DNA of 64,000 nucleotides from Bacteroidota bacterium (GTDB lineage Bacteria; Bacteroidota; Bacteroidia; Chitinophagales; Chitinophagaceae): NCBI GenBank assembly GCA_039796695.1, contig JBDKJF010000015.1, positions 1,144 to 65,143 of the forward strand, read 5' to 3'. Shown piece by piece: positions 47,301 to 54,442 of this stretch (position 1 is its first letter; each line of letters starts with the position of its first letter). The notes under the pieces were generated by a model. It saw only the letters and a program-made list of their open reading frames with translations, ran no database searches and was not told where the DNA came from. The position numbers and the translations under genes were made by a program.

Positions 47301-48018
47301 GCACATCAATTCCCCTTTGTGGATCAAGTATACGTATGGATGATTGTGATTGGAGGTAATCTGAATTAATAAAGAACTTTGTACCGTCTTTAATAGGGTA
47401 ACTGAATTTAATAGTACCAGAAAACCCAGGAAAAATATTCTTACTGCCTGCATCAAACTTGTATAATGCTCTGGTGGCGCCTTGTTGATTTATAGATACA
47501 GCGCCGGGGGTATTATAAAATATTCCACCGGAGCCGCTGGCCATTATTTCCACTCTCTTCCCAAAACGAATAGAAGGACCAAACAACAAGTATGCACTGA
47601 TAGGCTTTGTTTGTGAAACCTGTACCAAATCGCTTGGAAATTTTCTATCAATCATAAAACTATTTAATGCACTGCTATTAATACTGCCGGGGATAATGCC
47701 AGAGGTAAAACCAAGCCCTGCATTGCCAAGGTTGTATTGGCCAAACATTTTAGTGGCTATACTATTACCACGGAACAAAGTATTCTCATTGCTATTTACA
47801 CCAAATGAAGCTCCGGTGCCCACGCCAAAGGCCCAGCTATCATTGGTGGAAAGCAATTTTGCATTGTTACTTCTGGATGAATTTTGATTAAAAGCCCTTG
47901 TGTTATTACTGCGGGCAGAATTTTGATTAAAGGCTCTATTATCTTGTGCAAATAAATAAACGGGTAATAAAAGTAAGGCAGCAGATACTGCCTTGTGGTG
48001 ATTAGTGGCAAACTTCAT
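44392..48018 (-). CDS. large secreted mosaic repeat protein (N-terminal beta-barrel-like region, CarboxypepD_reg-like modules, DxDGDG motifs, several short reiterated peptide motifs)
   Basis: 1208-aa ORF with a signal peptide (LLLLPVYLFAQ). Residues 60-260 show an alternating G/S/aromatic pattern ending IGIIKTF. Also present: 3 x RVLPTVNKREI[AS]IDE[SP]GVH, RDV[AS]SGQATG[KR]R, two CarboxypepD_reg-like segments, 2 x DLDGDG, 4 x 26-aa tandem units and WGDPHV. Confidence 0.85.
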   Translation of the reverse strand: MKFATNHHKAVSAALLLLPVYLFAQDNRAFNQNSARSNNTRAFNQNSSRSNNAKLLSTNDSWAFGVGTGASFGVNSNENTLFRGNSIATKMFGQYNLGNAGLGFTSGIIPGSINSSALNSFMIDRKFPSDLVQVSQTKPISAYLLFGPSIRFGKRVEIMASGSGGIFYNTPGAVSINQQGATRALYKFDAGSKNIFPGFSGTIKFSYPIKDGTKFFINSDYLQSQSSIRILDPQRGIDVPTEQTRPVKLFTAGIGIIKTFGAPSKRVLPTVNKREIAIDESGVHRNAKTVVIEETRRVLPTVNKREIAIDEPGVHRILSIRDVASGQATGRRVLPTVNKREISIDESGVHSALPADNCGPVTVKKTMPDGSTEEKTFSCPADMRAYEKQSDYQPWEITDSDERIQPEQENVSTGSTNNIVAGRVLWSLSAPAGGIVTNRSAAASLAGSGGGAAAASYAATGLIVPGTGVTTNIYVRDVSSGQATGKRSREVGSGMATGRRQYQPVFTEGGNNVCNPCMAIITNNTTRGGSVTMNSQTSSTRTTNQSSFGTLVRNGYPANDCGGVAGLTVYLLNKQTRATVATTQTEICGEFFFANVPDGNYVVKVAGGFSAEKNYDAVLNKRSDVAGEIIAAEDYWSIDITTDTGSVEHAQAVIKTKTKSNQSNDRLVNTSRSNIKNIIIASGDLDGDGMTEILVGNNAALGKVKAKQTQGTTFGEKANQGLQAAGSAVSQGATLVSGNLPSGPVLTPDLMPGSPIGGLSIKGGKNPGGNLRTTQTNAFGEFEFTDLEEGSYTFTADLMYYVDDETTVSLGNEMQTRAQDYNSSRSNKTASKMAGNSDEMQTRAQDYNSSRSNKTASKMAGNSDEMQTRVQDHNSSRSNKSSSIMAGNGDEMQTRVQDHNSSRSNKSSSVSMEKPDADGSNPSAKSGINGINNQMPNRISMNVTVPKQTQGSTFGDKMNGRDNDPNNQMKAQNNNTVRSNRTDNAIVIADLDGDGEMESSYMNINGEVATISIDKPGVQRKNSGIKQTLQTQVFAVNNKPPVKWTAPEAIDRSVWGDPHVDEKEGRLITGGASSSSVAAGKWNSTPVAIKKIECADGVCVIITANGEDIPATTRIGLNGLPPGQPVSRAAVWFTSNNGVVYKKETDTQGRLSLNGLPPGQPLRMMMNAGVAVDEDIIIVFSEDGNGNAISNVLKTKHDTAKNAIGNIR
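45295..45582 (-). repeat. in-frame 78-bp tandem repeat, about 3.7 units
   Basis: Unit starts lie at 45301, 45379, 45457 and 45535 (TTTATTTGATCG...). The units encode EMQTR[AV]QD[YH]NSSRSNK[TS][AS]S[KI]MAGN[SG]D. Units 1 and 2 are nearly identical, as are units 3 and 4. Confidence 0.95.
46969..47223 (-). repeat. three dispersed-tandem copies of a 57-bp coding repeat (RVLPTVNKREI[AS]IDE[SP]GVH)
   Basis: The copies are spaced 93 and 105 bp apart. The DNA shares the core TTCATC[AG]AT[AGT]G[AC]AATTTCTCTTTT[AG]TTTACAGTGGG. Confidence 0.9.
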
Positions 48019-48132
48019 ACTGAATGTTTTGGTTAAGGTAAAATTATTTCCTCAAACCAAAAGCGTTAAACAAGAAGATTTGCTATTATTAGTAAATACA
48101 GATTAACCTCGCCGGATAGTGACGAAAACAAT

Positions 48133-48148
48133 TTCGTAATCTTACGAA
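48133..48148 (-). terminator. weak hairpin after the SET-domain gene
   Basis: TTCGTAA-TC-TTACGAA inverted repeat followed on the minus strand by ATTGTTTTC. The loop is short and the T-tract is weak. Confidence 0.3.
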
Positions 48149-48154
48149 AACTGA

Positions 48155-48586
48155 TTAAATAAATCCCCTGCAATTTTTGGCGCCGCATTTACAAGGCAAT
48201 GTACCTTCATGGTGTGTTTCGCCATAATCGCAACTAAGCTCCTGGCCTTTCTTTATATTTTTTAATGCATAAAACTCCACCCGGTTTTTGGTAACCCGAA
48301 TATAACAATTGGGGTTACAGGAGTGGTTAATAAACCGCATATCGTTTGGATTGGCTGATGCGTTTAAAGCCAGGTTATTATCCAGCTCCACACAGTTAAT
48401 TACTTTTAAATCTTTGATGAGCTGCATAGCCTCCTTCATGGTAATGATAACACCACCGAGATCGCCAATTTTTTTTCGGGCGGGAATATTTTGTAGTGCA
48501 TATGCACCCCTGCCGGATATTTTGCTTTTAGCCACTTTAACCGGGTAGTAAATATGATAAGGGGGTGTTATTAGTTTCTTTGCCAT
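48155..48586 (-). CDS. SET domain-containing protein (putative protein-lysine methyltransferase)
   Basis: Contains RFINHSCNPNC, ELSCDYG and a post-SET Cys cluster (LPCKCGAKNCRG). Confidence 0.85.
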   Translation of the reverse strand: MAKKLITPPYHIYYPVKVAKSKISGRGAYALQNIPARKKIGDLGGVIITMKEAMQLIKDLKVINCVELDNNLALNASANPNDMRFINHSCNPNCYIRVTKNRVEFYALKNIKKGQELSCDYGETHHEGTLPCKCGAKNCRGFI

Positions 48587-48590
48587 CTGA

Positions 48591-49175
48591 TTATTTTATC
48601 CAGTTTACTTTTTCTTCCATTGGTTTTCTGGTCGCTCCAGTGGAAGGTATAGCAATATGACCTATATAAAAAAAGCCAAGTAGCTTATCGGCTTCACTCA
48701 AACCAAAAAACTGTTTGGCCTGTGGCCTGTAGGTAATGCCGCCTGTTGTCCAGTAACCCCCCAAGCCGTAGGCTGTAACTGATAAATATATGTTTTGCAC
48801 AGCACAGGATACGGCCGCCACATCTTCTACTTCTGGTATGCCTTTATTAGCTGATTTTTTCATACCCAGCGCTATAATGTGCGATGCCTTTAGCGGCTGC
48901 TCTTTTAGTTTGTTAAATGTAATTTCTTTAAAATTATCGGGAGTAGTTTGTTTATACAACTCACTTTGCCAATCGGCAAATTTTTGCAAGCCATCCCCGC
49001 TAAATACAGTAAAATGCCAAGGCTCTTCGCGGCCATGATTAGGTGCCCAAGTGGCATTGATTAAAATTTCTTTTATTATATCATCGCTCACCTGTTTGCC
49101 TACTTGAAATTGGTCGGGAAAAGTGGAACGACGGTTGCGTATTAACACATTTAACGATTCAGGTATCATATTCAT
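48591..49175 (-). CDS. nitroreductase family protein
   Basis: Contains IRNRRSTFPDQF, ATWAPNHGREEPWHF and a typical ~190 aa length. Confidence 0.85.
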   Translation of the reverse strand: MNMIPESLNVLIRNRRSTFPDQFQVGKQVSDDIIKEILINATWAPNHGREEPWHFTVFSGDGLQKFADWQSELYKQTTPDNFKEITFNKLKEQPLKASHIIALGMKKSANKGIPEVEDVAAVSCAVQNIYLSVTAYGLGGYWTTGGITYRPQAKQFFGLSEADKLLGFFYIGHIAIPSTGATRKPMEEKVNWIK

Positions 49176-49183
49176 TATTTATA

Positions 49184-49191
49184 CAAAAATA
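49184..49191 (-). promoter_or_regulatory. candidate -7 box (TATTTTTG) for the nitroreductase-SET operon
   Basis: Exact TAnnTTTG match on the minus strand, 8 nt before the ATG at 49175. It overlaps the T-tract of the preceding terminator. Confidence 0.3.
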
Positions 49192-49218
49192 ACGGGCTGC
49201 GATTGACTACAGCCCGTT
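49184..49218 (-). terminator. rho-independent terminator after the TBDR gene 49225-51387
   Basis: The minus strand reads AACGGGCTG-TAGTCAATCG-CAGCCCGTT followed by ATTTTTG. Confidence 0.7.
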
Positions 49219-49224
49219 ATTCAA

Positions 49225-51387
49225 TTAAAGTCGCACTTTTATTCCGCCATTCACTACAAATCCGTCTAATGGCGCATAGATATCTTTAAACTGCGGGTTG
49301 ATAATGTTACCTGTATAAATGCTCCCAAACCTCGTTTGTCTTGTATCCAAAAAATTTTCGAAATTGATGTACAACGAAATTCGCTCCCAAAGCTTTTCTA
49401 CCATAAATCCTGTAATCCAATAAGATTTACCAGTGGTTCCATCGCTCAACTTTTGTTTGCTGAAATAATAACCTTCTAATCCTATTTTCCATTTTTCTTC
49501 TACTTCGTACATCAATAAAGCATTGAGGCGATGCTTAGGCGTTAAAAAACTTTCTGTTTTGGTACTTCCGTTATGCAATGCTGCTTGGGTAAAGGTATAC
49601 CCCAGCAATAATTTAAAATCGCTATATCCCATTTTAATATTTGTTTCTATGCCTCTACTATCCATATGCGCATCCAAAGAATTAAAACGAAAATTGCTAC
49701 CATCAGGTTGTAGAATCAAAGGGTTGTTAATGCGAGTATAAAAGAATAAATGGTTGATGCTGAAACTTACATTACCATCTGCAAATTTGGTTTTATAATT
49801 AATATCTGCATTTACTCCATAGCTCCGCTCCAGTTTATTAATACTAGCATTTATGGGTAATACGTTTTGGTATTGCAGCCGCTCACTTTCTTCGGTAAAT
49901 ATGGTGGGTGTTTTATAACCAAATCCGCCGCCAATACGTGATGAAAGTTTAGGTGTAAACTTAAACAAGGCCGAAAGCCTTGGTAAAAACGCAAAGCCAT
50001 AGTCTTTTACAAAATCGCCCCGAAGGCCAGCTTCCAAATGAAGTTTTTCATTTACTCTAAATGTATTTTGTACAAATGTGCCTACCGTAAGTTGCTTATA
50101 ACTTCTTAAAGCACTTGCCACTCCACTTTCTTCTGTAAAGTTTTCTGTAAGTAAATTAATACCCGTTATCCACTCCCATTTTTCGCCATGACTGGCATAC
50201 ATTGCTTCCGTAAAGCTTCCATTTTGCACACCACTAAAAATGTACGTAGGCGTAATAACTTGCCGTTGAAAACGATTAATACTATTCTTAAAACTTAAAT
50301 GGCTGCATTTGCCAAAACGATGTTCAAAATGAAATTGAGTGCTCCCTCTATCGGAATTGTTTTTTTCAAAATACCCCGATGGATTATTCCCTTTAATAAA
50401 CCCCATGTCCCCCCCTGTTCTTTTTTCGGTGGTAATATTAACGCCAGCCGTTAGTATAGTTTGAGGGGAGAAATACACAAATAATTTTGGATGAAGGGTG
50501 TAGCGGTCAAACTTTGGTATTGCCGATAAGCTAATAGTAGCGGGGTCGTAAGCCTTATTACTATTACGAGATGCAAAAACGGTTAACCCTGTTTTACTAA
50601 ATTTTTTTCCATAAAAACCGCTAGTGTTTAATCCACCGGCAGAGGTAGCATCCAAATGAAATTTTAACTCCTGTACTTCTTTTGGGGTTTTAGAAATTAA
50701 GTTTACCAATCCTGCAATAGCACCACCGCCATATAAAGTGGATGCGGAACCTTTAATTACTTCAAATTGTTTTAAATCTAATGGTGGGGTTTGCAATAAG
50801 CCCAATCCACTACTAAACCCTGCGTATAGTGGAAATCCATCTTTTAAAATTTGTGTGTACCGTCCATCTAATCCTTGTATACGAATAGAAGCATTAGCAG
50901 AGGTGGCAGAGGTTTGCTGTGTTTGTATGCCGGTACTTTCGGTTAGCACCATGCGTATATCACCGGGTTTCATATTTGCCTTTTCATCCAATTCTTCGCC
51001 GGCAATAAATTCCACTCTTGTAGGTATGTCTTGTATGGTTCTCGAACTGCGTGTAGATTGAATAACGACTGCCTCTTCTTCCTCTTCTTTGACCGCAAGC
51101 TGCACCCACAATAATGAATCCGTAAAGGGAACTGTCACCTCCACTTCTTTTAAATAATATCCTACATGCGAAAAGGTCAACATGATTTTACCTTCTGGTA
51201 ATTTAAGCCATGTTTCGCCTGTTGCTGTAGTGGATGAAGCGTTTTCAAATGCTCTTGAAACAATGGATACACCTGCAATAGCTTCTTTTGTTTCAGTATC
51301 CGTTACTTTTATTTTAATCGTTTGATATTGACTAAAACCGTTGACTACACAGCAAAGCATAGCCAACACTAAAAATATATTTTTCAT
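49225..51387 (-). CDS. TonB-dependent receptor with CarboxypepD_reg-like N-terminal domain
   Basis: Signal peptide, then KIKVTDTETKEAIAGVSIV...GKIMLTFSHVGY and a plug region (RIQGLDGRYTQILKDGFPLY, FEVIKGSASTLYGGGAIAGLVNLI). 720 aa. Confidence 0.9.
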   Translation of the reverse strand: MKNIFLVLAMLCCVVNGFSQYQTIKIKVTDTETKEAIAGVSIVSRAFENASSTTATGETWLKLPEGKIMLTFSHVGYYLKEVEVTVPFTDSLLWVQLAVKEEEEEAVVIQSTRSSRTIQDIPTRVEFIAGEELDEKANMKPGDIRMVLTESTGIQTQQTSATSANASIRIQGLDGRYTQILKDGFPLYAGFSSGLGLLQTPPLDLKQFEVIKGSASTLYGGGAIAGLVNLISKTPKEVQELKFHLDATSAGGLNTSGFYGKKFSKTGLTVFASRNSNKAYDPATISLSAIPKFDRYTLHPKLFVYFSPQTILTAGVNITTEKRTGGDMGFIKGNNPSGYFEKNNSDRGSTQFHFEHRFGKCSHLSFKNSINRFQRQVITPTYIFSGVQNGSFTEAMYASHGEKWEWITGINLLTENFTEESGVASALRSYKQLTVGTFVQNTFRVNEKLHLEAGLRGDFVKDYGFAFLPRLSALFKFTPKLSSRIGGGFGYKTPTIFTEESERLQYQNVLPINASINKLERSYGVNADINYKTKFADGNVSFSINHLFFYTRINNPLILQPDGSNFRFNSLDAHMDSRGIETNIKMGYSDFKLLLGYTFTQAALHNGSTKTESFLTPKHRLNALLMYEVEEKWKIGLEGYYFSKQKLSDGTTGKSYWITGFMVEKLWERISLYINFENFLDTRQTRFGSIYTGNIINPQFKDIYAPLDGFVVNGGIKVRL

Positions 51388-51397
51388 TAATTTTCTT

Positions 51398-51450
51398 TAG
51401 GTTAACAATAAAATTCTTTCGCCATTGGCGAAAAGTAAATGGTTAACCTA
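51398..51450 (-). promoter_or_regulatory. nested hairpin spanning the gap between the Cys-rich protein gene and the TBDR gene
   Basis: The outer 9-bp stem TAGGTTAAC (51398-51406) pairs with GTTAACCTA (51442-51450) and overlaps the TAA stop. The inner 7-bp stem TTTCGCC (51417-51423) pairs with GGCGAAA (51427-51433). Confidence 0.4.
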
Positions 51451-51748
51451 ATTTAGGCGGTTGCCAAAAATCGATATCAGCCTGTGGCAATGCTGACTGT
51501 AAGTAGGAGGTGTAAATAATTATTTGCTGCGGTGTATTTAGCTGAAACTCGTGTTGCTCGCAAACGATAGTGGCCGTTATGCAACTTTCGCAATTAAAAA
51601 ATGGGGAGCAAGTGCCACAGTCTCCATCGCCCTCTTCATGTTGGGTAGTTTGTTCTGTTTTATCATCTGGGCAGTTATCAATAATACAGCAGGGTACCGC
51701 TGCCAGCAGAATAAGATAAAAGGCTAGTATGTAACCACAAACTTTCAC
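51443..51748 (-). CDS. small membrane-anchored Cys-rich protein (DUF6660-like, from memory)
   Basis: GTG start. Has an N-terminal hydrophobic helix ending VPCC and 9 Cys in 101 aa (CCIIDNCPDD...DCGTCSPFFNCESC). It lies 55 nt upstream of the TBDR gene on the same strand. Confidence 0.6.
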   Translation of the reverse strand: MKVCGYILAFYLILLAAVPCCIIDNCPDDKTEQTTQHEEGDGDCGTCSPFFNCESCITATIVCEQHEFQLNTPQQIIIYTSYLQSALPQADIDFWQPPKLG

Positions 51749-51753
51749 TAACG

Positions 51754-51761
51754 CAAAGCTA
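51754..51761 (-). promoter_or_regulatory. candidate -7 box (TAGCTTTG) for the Cys-rich small protein-TBDR unit
   Basis: Exact TAnnTTTG match on the minus strand, 5 nt before the GTG at 51748. Confidence 0.4.
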
Positions 51762-51801
51762 TAGTAGGTTTATAACAATTAAAGGGAGATTGAAATAATT
51801 A

Positions 51802-52743
51802 TTATCGCAACAACAGTTCACATGGCTTTAGGCCGGTATGCTTTTTAAAAGCAGTAGAAAAATGAGAGATGGAAGAATAGCCCAACAGCATAGAAACTTC
51901 AGTTACGCTTAAACCTTTTTCGTACAAAAGATATTTAGCATGCTCCATGCGCTGGCTTTGATAAAAATCAAATACGGTGGTGCCAAAAAGTTCTTTGAAG
52001 CCTTTTTTAAGATAGCACTCATTAATAGCTACTTTGCGGCTCAATTCTTTGATGGTAATAGGGTCGCCGATATGCTGTACCAATATTTCTCTAGCCTTTA
52101 CTATTTTTTCTCTGTCGGCTTCGTTGGCCAAAAACTTACAGCTTATAACATCAATTTCTTTTTCTTCTATCATACAATCCAAACTGTATAACAGCAACAT
52201 TTGCGTTTGCGCATTAATGAAGATGTTTTCCAACGTGTCGGTATAGTTATGATTTAACAGCGCTTCCAATGTCATCCTAATTTTACCGCATACGGGGTGT
52301 ATTTTGGTAAAAGATGATTTATGTTTAAAAGAAAGGATATTATCCGTTAGTACAGCATTACCTTTTCTGGGTTTTACATATTGGCTTAGTTGCAATGGCG
52401 AAAAACGGAAGCTAACTACATCTACACTATCCACCCTTTCCATACAACTTTTAGAGGCATTGTATTGGCACATATTGCATTCAGTATCCTTTTTTCGGCA
52501 GTACACATTACCACTTACACAGTAGCGTAACTCCAAATAGTTTTCTTTTGGGCTATTTTTTTCGTAGTGGTATACCAACATGCCCGTATCTTCAATACTC
52601 CATTGCGGATCTTTTTTATACCGGTTTATAGCATACTGTACCGAGCCAGGAATATGCTGCACCCGCTCCTGTAACTGGTGCATTTGCTCCAGCATCATAG
52701 TTTGCTTGTAGGCCAAGTTTAATATATCAGGCGGGGTATGCAT
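51802..52743 (-). CDS. AraC family transcriptional regulator
   Basis: Has the C-terminal double HTH (ITIKELSRKVAINECYLKKGFKELFG...GYSSISHFSTAFKKHTG). Confidence 0.9.
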   Translation of the reverse strand: MHTPPDILNLAYKQTMMLEQMHQLQERVQHIPGSVQYAINRYKKDPQWSIEDTGMLVYHYEKNSPKENYLELRYCVSGNVYCRKKDTECNMCQYNASKSCMERVDSVDVVSFRFSPLQLSQYVKPRKGNAVLTDNILSFKHKSSFTKIHPVCGKIRMTLEALLNHNYTDTLENIFINAQTQMLLLYSLDCMIEEKEIDVISCKFLANEADREKIVKAREILVQHIGDPITIKELSRKVAINECYLKKGFKELFGTTVFDFYQSQRMEHAKYLLYEKGLSVTEVSMLLGYSSISHFSTAFKKHTGLKPCELLLR

Positions 52744-52751
52744 GAGGGGGG

Positions 52752-52759
52752 CAAATTTA
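52752..52759 (-). promoter_or_regulatory. candidate -7 box (TAAATTTG) for the AraC regulator gene
   Basis: Exact TAnnTTTG match on the minus strand, 8 nt before the ATG at 52743. Confidence 0.4.
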
Positions 52760-52864
52760 CAATATATTTACTTATCTCAATGTCTAAACATTAAACGAAA
52801 CCCTTCTGGCCTGATATTTAACAATCTATGCGGCAAAAAATAAGGGGGGTTCGGGGTTAAAAGT

Positions 52865-52872
52865 TAACTTTG
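52865..52872 (+). promoter_or_regulatory. candidate -7 box (TAACTTTG) for lpxA
   Basis: Exact TAnnTTTG match, 19 nt before the ATG at 52892. It is embedded in the 12-bp palindrome AAAGTTAACTTT. Confidence 0.4.
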
Positions 52873-52891
52873 CTTGCTTTAAATCATAGAA

Positions 52892-53698
52892 ATGATTCAT
52901 CCACATACCTATATACACCCCAATGCCAAGCTGGCTACTAACGTAAAAGTTGATCCTTTTACGGTTATACATCAAGATGTAGAAATTGGCGATGGCACCT
53001 GGATAGGCTCTAATGTTACCATTATGGAGGGTGCCCGCATTGGAAAAAATTGCCGCATCTTTCCGGGGGCAGTTATCGCTGCGGTACCGCAAGATTTAAA
53101 ATTTCATGGCGAGTATTCTACTGTAGTAATTGGCGATAACACCACCATACGAGAGTTTGTAACCATTAACCGGGGTACCGAGGATAGACAAAAAACAGTA
53201 ATAGGCAGCAACTGCCTAATAATGGCCTACACGCATTTTGCGCACGACTGTTTAGTGGGTGACAATGTGATAGTAAGTAATAATACACAAGTAGCGGGGC
53301 ATGTAACCATTGGCGATTGGACTATACTTGCCGGTATGTGCGCCGTACATCAATTTGTAAAAATTGGTGGTCATTCTTTTGTAGCAGGTGGTTCGTTAGT
53401 AAGTAAAGATGTGCCTCCTTATATAAAAGCAGGCCGCACCCCCCTTAGCTATGCTGGGGTAAATTCCATAGGGCTTAAACGCCGTGGCTTTAGTGTTGAA
53501 CGCATTAATCACATCTTAGACATTTACCGTGTGCTATATAACAAAGGGATGAACACTAGCCAAGCCGTAGAATTTATTGAAGAAGAAATGCCCGCTACAG
53601 ATGAAAGAGATGAGATAGTAACTTTTGTACGAGAAAGTGGCCGTGGTATTATAAAACGATTCACCAAAGGTAATACCGATGACGATCTCCCTGTCTAA
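52892..53698 (+). CDS. lpxA: acyl-ACP--UDP-N-acetylglucosamine O-acyltransferase
   Basis: IHPTAKL-type start (IHPNAKLATNVKVDPFTVI), hexapeptide repeats and the C-terminal helical domain (GLKRRGFSVERINHILDIYRVLY). Confidence 0.9.
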   Translation: MIHPHTYIHPNAKLATNVKVDPFTVIHQDVEIGDGTWIGSNVTIMEGARIGKNCRIFPGAVIAAVPQDLKFHGEYSTVVIGDNTTIREFVTINRGTEDRQKTVIGSNCLIMAYTHFAHDCLVGDNVIVSNNTQVAGHVTIGDWTILAGMCAVHQFVKIGGHSFVAGGSLVSKDVPPYIKAGRTPLSYAGVNSIGLKRRGFSVERINHILDIYRVLYNKGMNTSQAVEFIEEEMPATDERDEIVTFVRESGRGIIKRFTKGNTDDDLPV

Positions 53699-54296
53699 TG
53701 CCGGCAAGCGATATAATCGAGACTGGATATTTCGCCAGGTAAACTATACTTTTCAATCAGGACAATTTTATGCTATTACGGGGCCCAATGGTAGTGGTAA
53801 GAGTACACTGCTGCAAGCCTTAGGCGGGGCTTTGCTATTAAGTGAGGGTGTAAGTGAATATCGAATAGCCAACAAGGAACTGAAGAATGAAGAAATATAT
53901 CAACATGTTTCTATTTGTGCTCCATACTTAGAGGTGGTGGAAGAAATGACTGTGAGGGAATTTTTGGAGTTTCATACTGGTTTTAAAAAATTATTACCGG
54001 GCGCTAAACTATCATCTATTATTGATGAAGTAGGATTAGAAAAAGCTACGAACAAACAAATTCGCTATTACTCATCCGGTATGAAGCAGCGAGTAAAATT
54101 GGCGCAATGCATTTTTTCGGATACTGATATTGTATTACTAGATGAGCCTTGTACTAATTTAGATGCTGAAGGCATTTCTCTTTATCATTCATTAATTAAA
54201 AAATATTGCGCTGATAGATTGGTAGTGGTAAGCAGTAATGATGAAGTGGAATATGGATTTTGTGAAAATAAAATCAATATTTTAGAATATAAATAA
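53679..54296 (+). CDS. ABC transporter ATP-binding protein (no adjacent permease)
   Basis: Has Walker A (GPNGSGKSTLL), the signature YSSGMKQRV and Walker B (VLLDEP). It overlaps the lpxA 3' end by 20 nt. Confidence 0.85.
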   Translation: MTISLSNAGKRYNRDWIFRQVNYTFQSGQFYAITGPNGSGKSTLLQALGGALLLSEGVSEYRIANKELKNEEIYQHVSICAPYLEVVEEMTVREFLEFHTGFKKLLPGAKLSSIIDEVGLEKATNKQIRYYSSGMKQRVKLAQCIFSDTDIVLLDEPCTNLDAEGISLYHSLIKKYCADRLVVVSSNDEVEYGFCENKINILEYK

Positions 54297-54442
54297 TTTA
54301 GTTATACCGCCAATGCTGCATTCAGTAAATAGGTCAACATTATAAAAAGCAGCGGGCACAGCTCTTATCGATTATTGGCTACCCTATTTTGTAAATGACT
54401 TAGGAGTAGCTGGTGCATAATAGAATGGTGTACACCAAATAT

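Noticed and set aside
54426-54437. 12-bp palindrome TGGTGTACACCA between the convergent ABC ATPase and ald genes
   Set aside because: It is too short and loop-less to act as a terminator. It occurs only once and has no promoter context, so I did not treat it as a feature.
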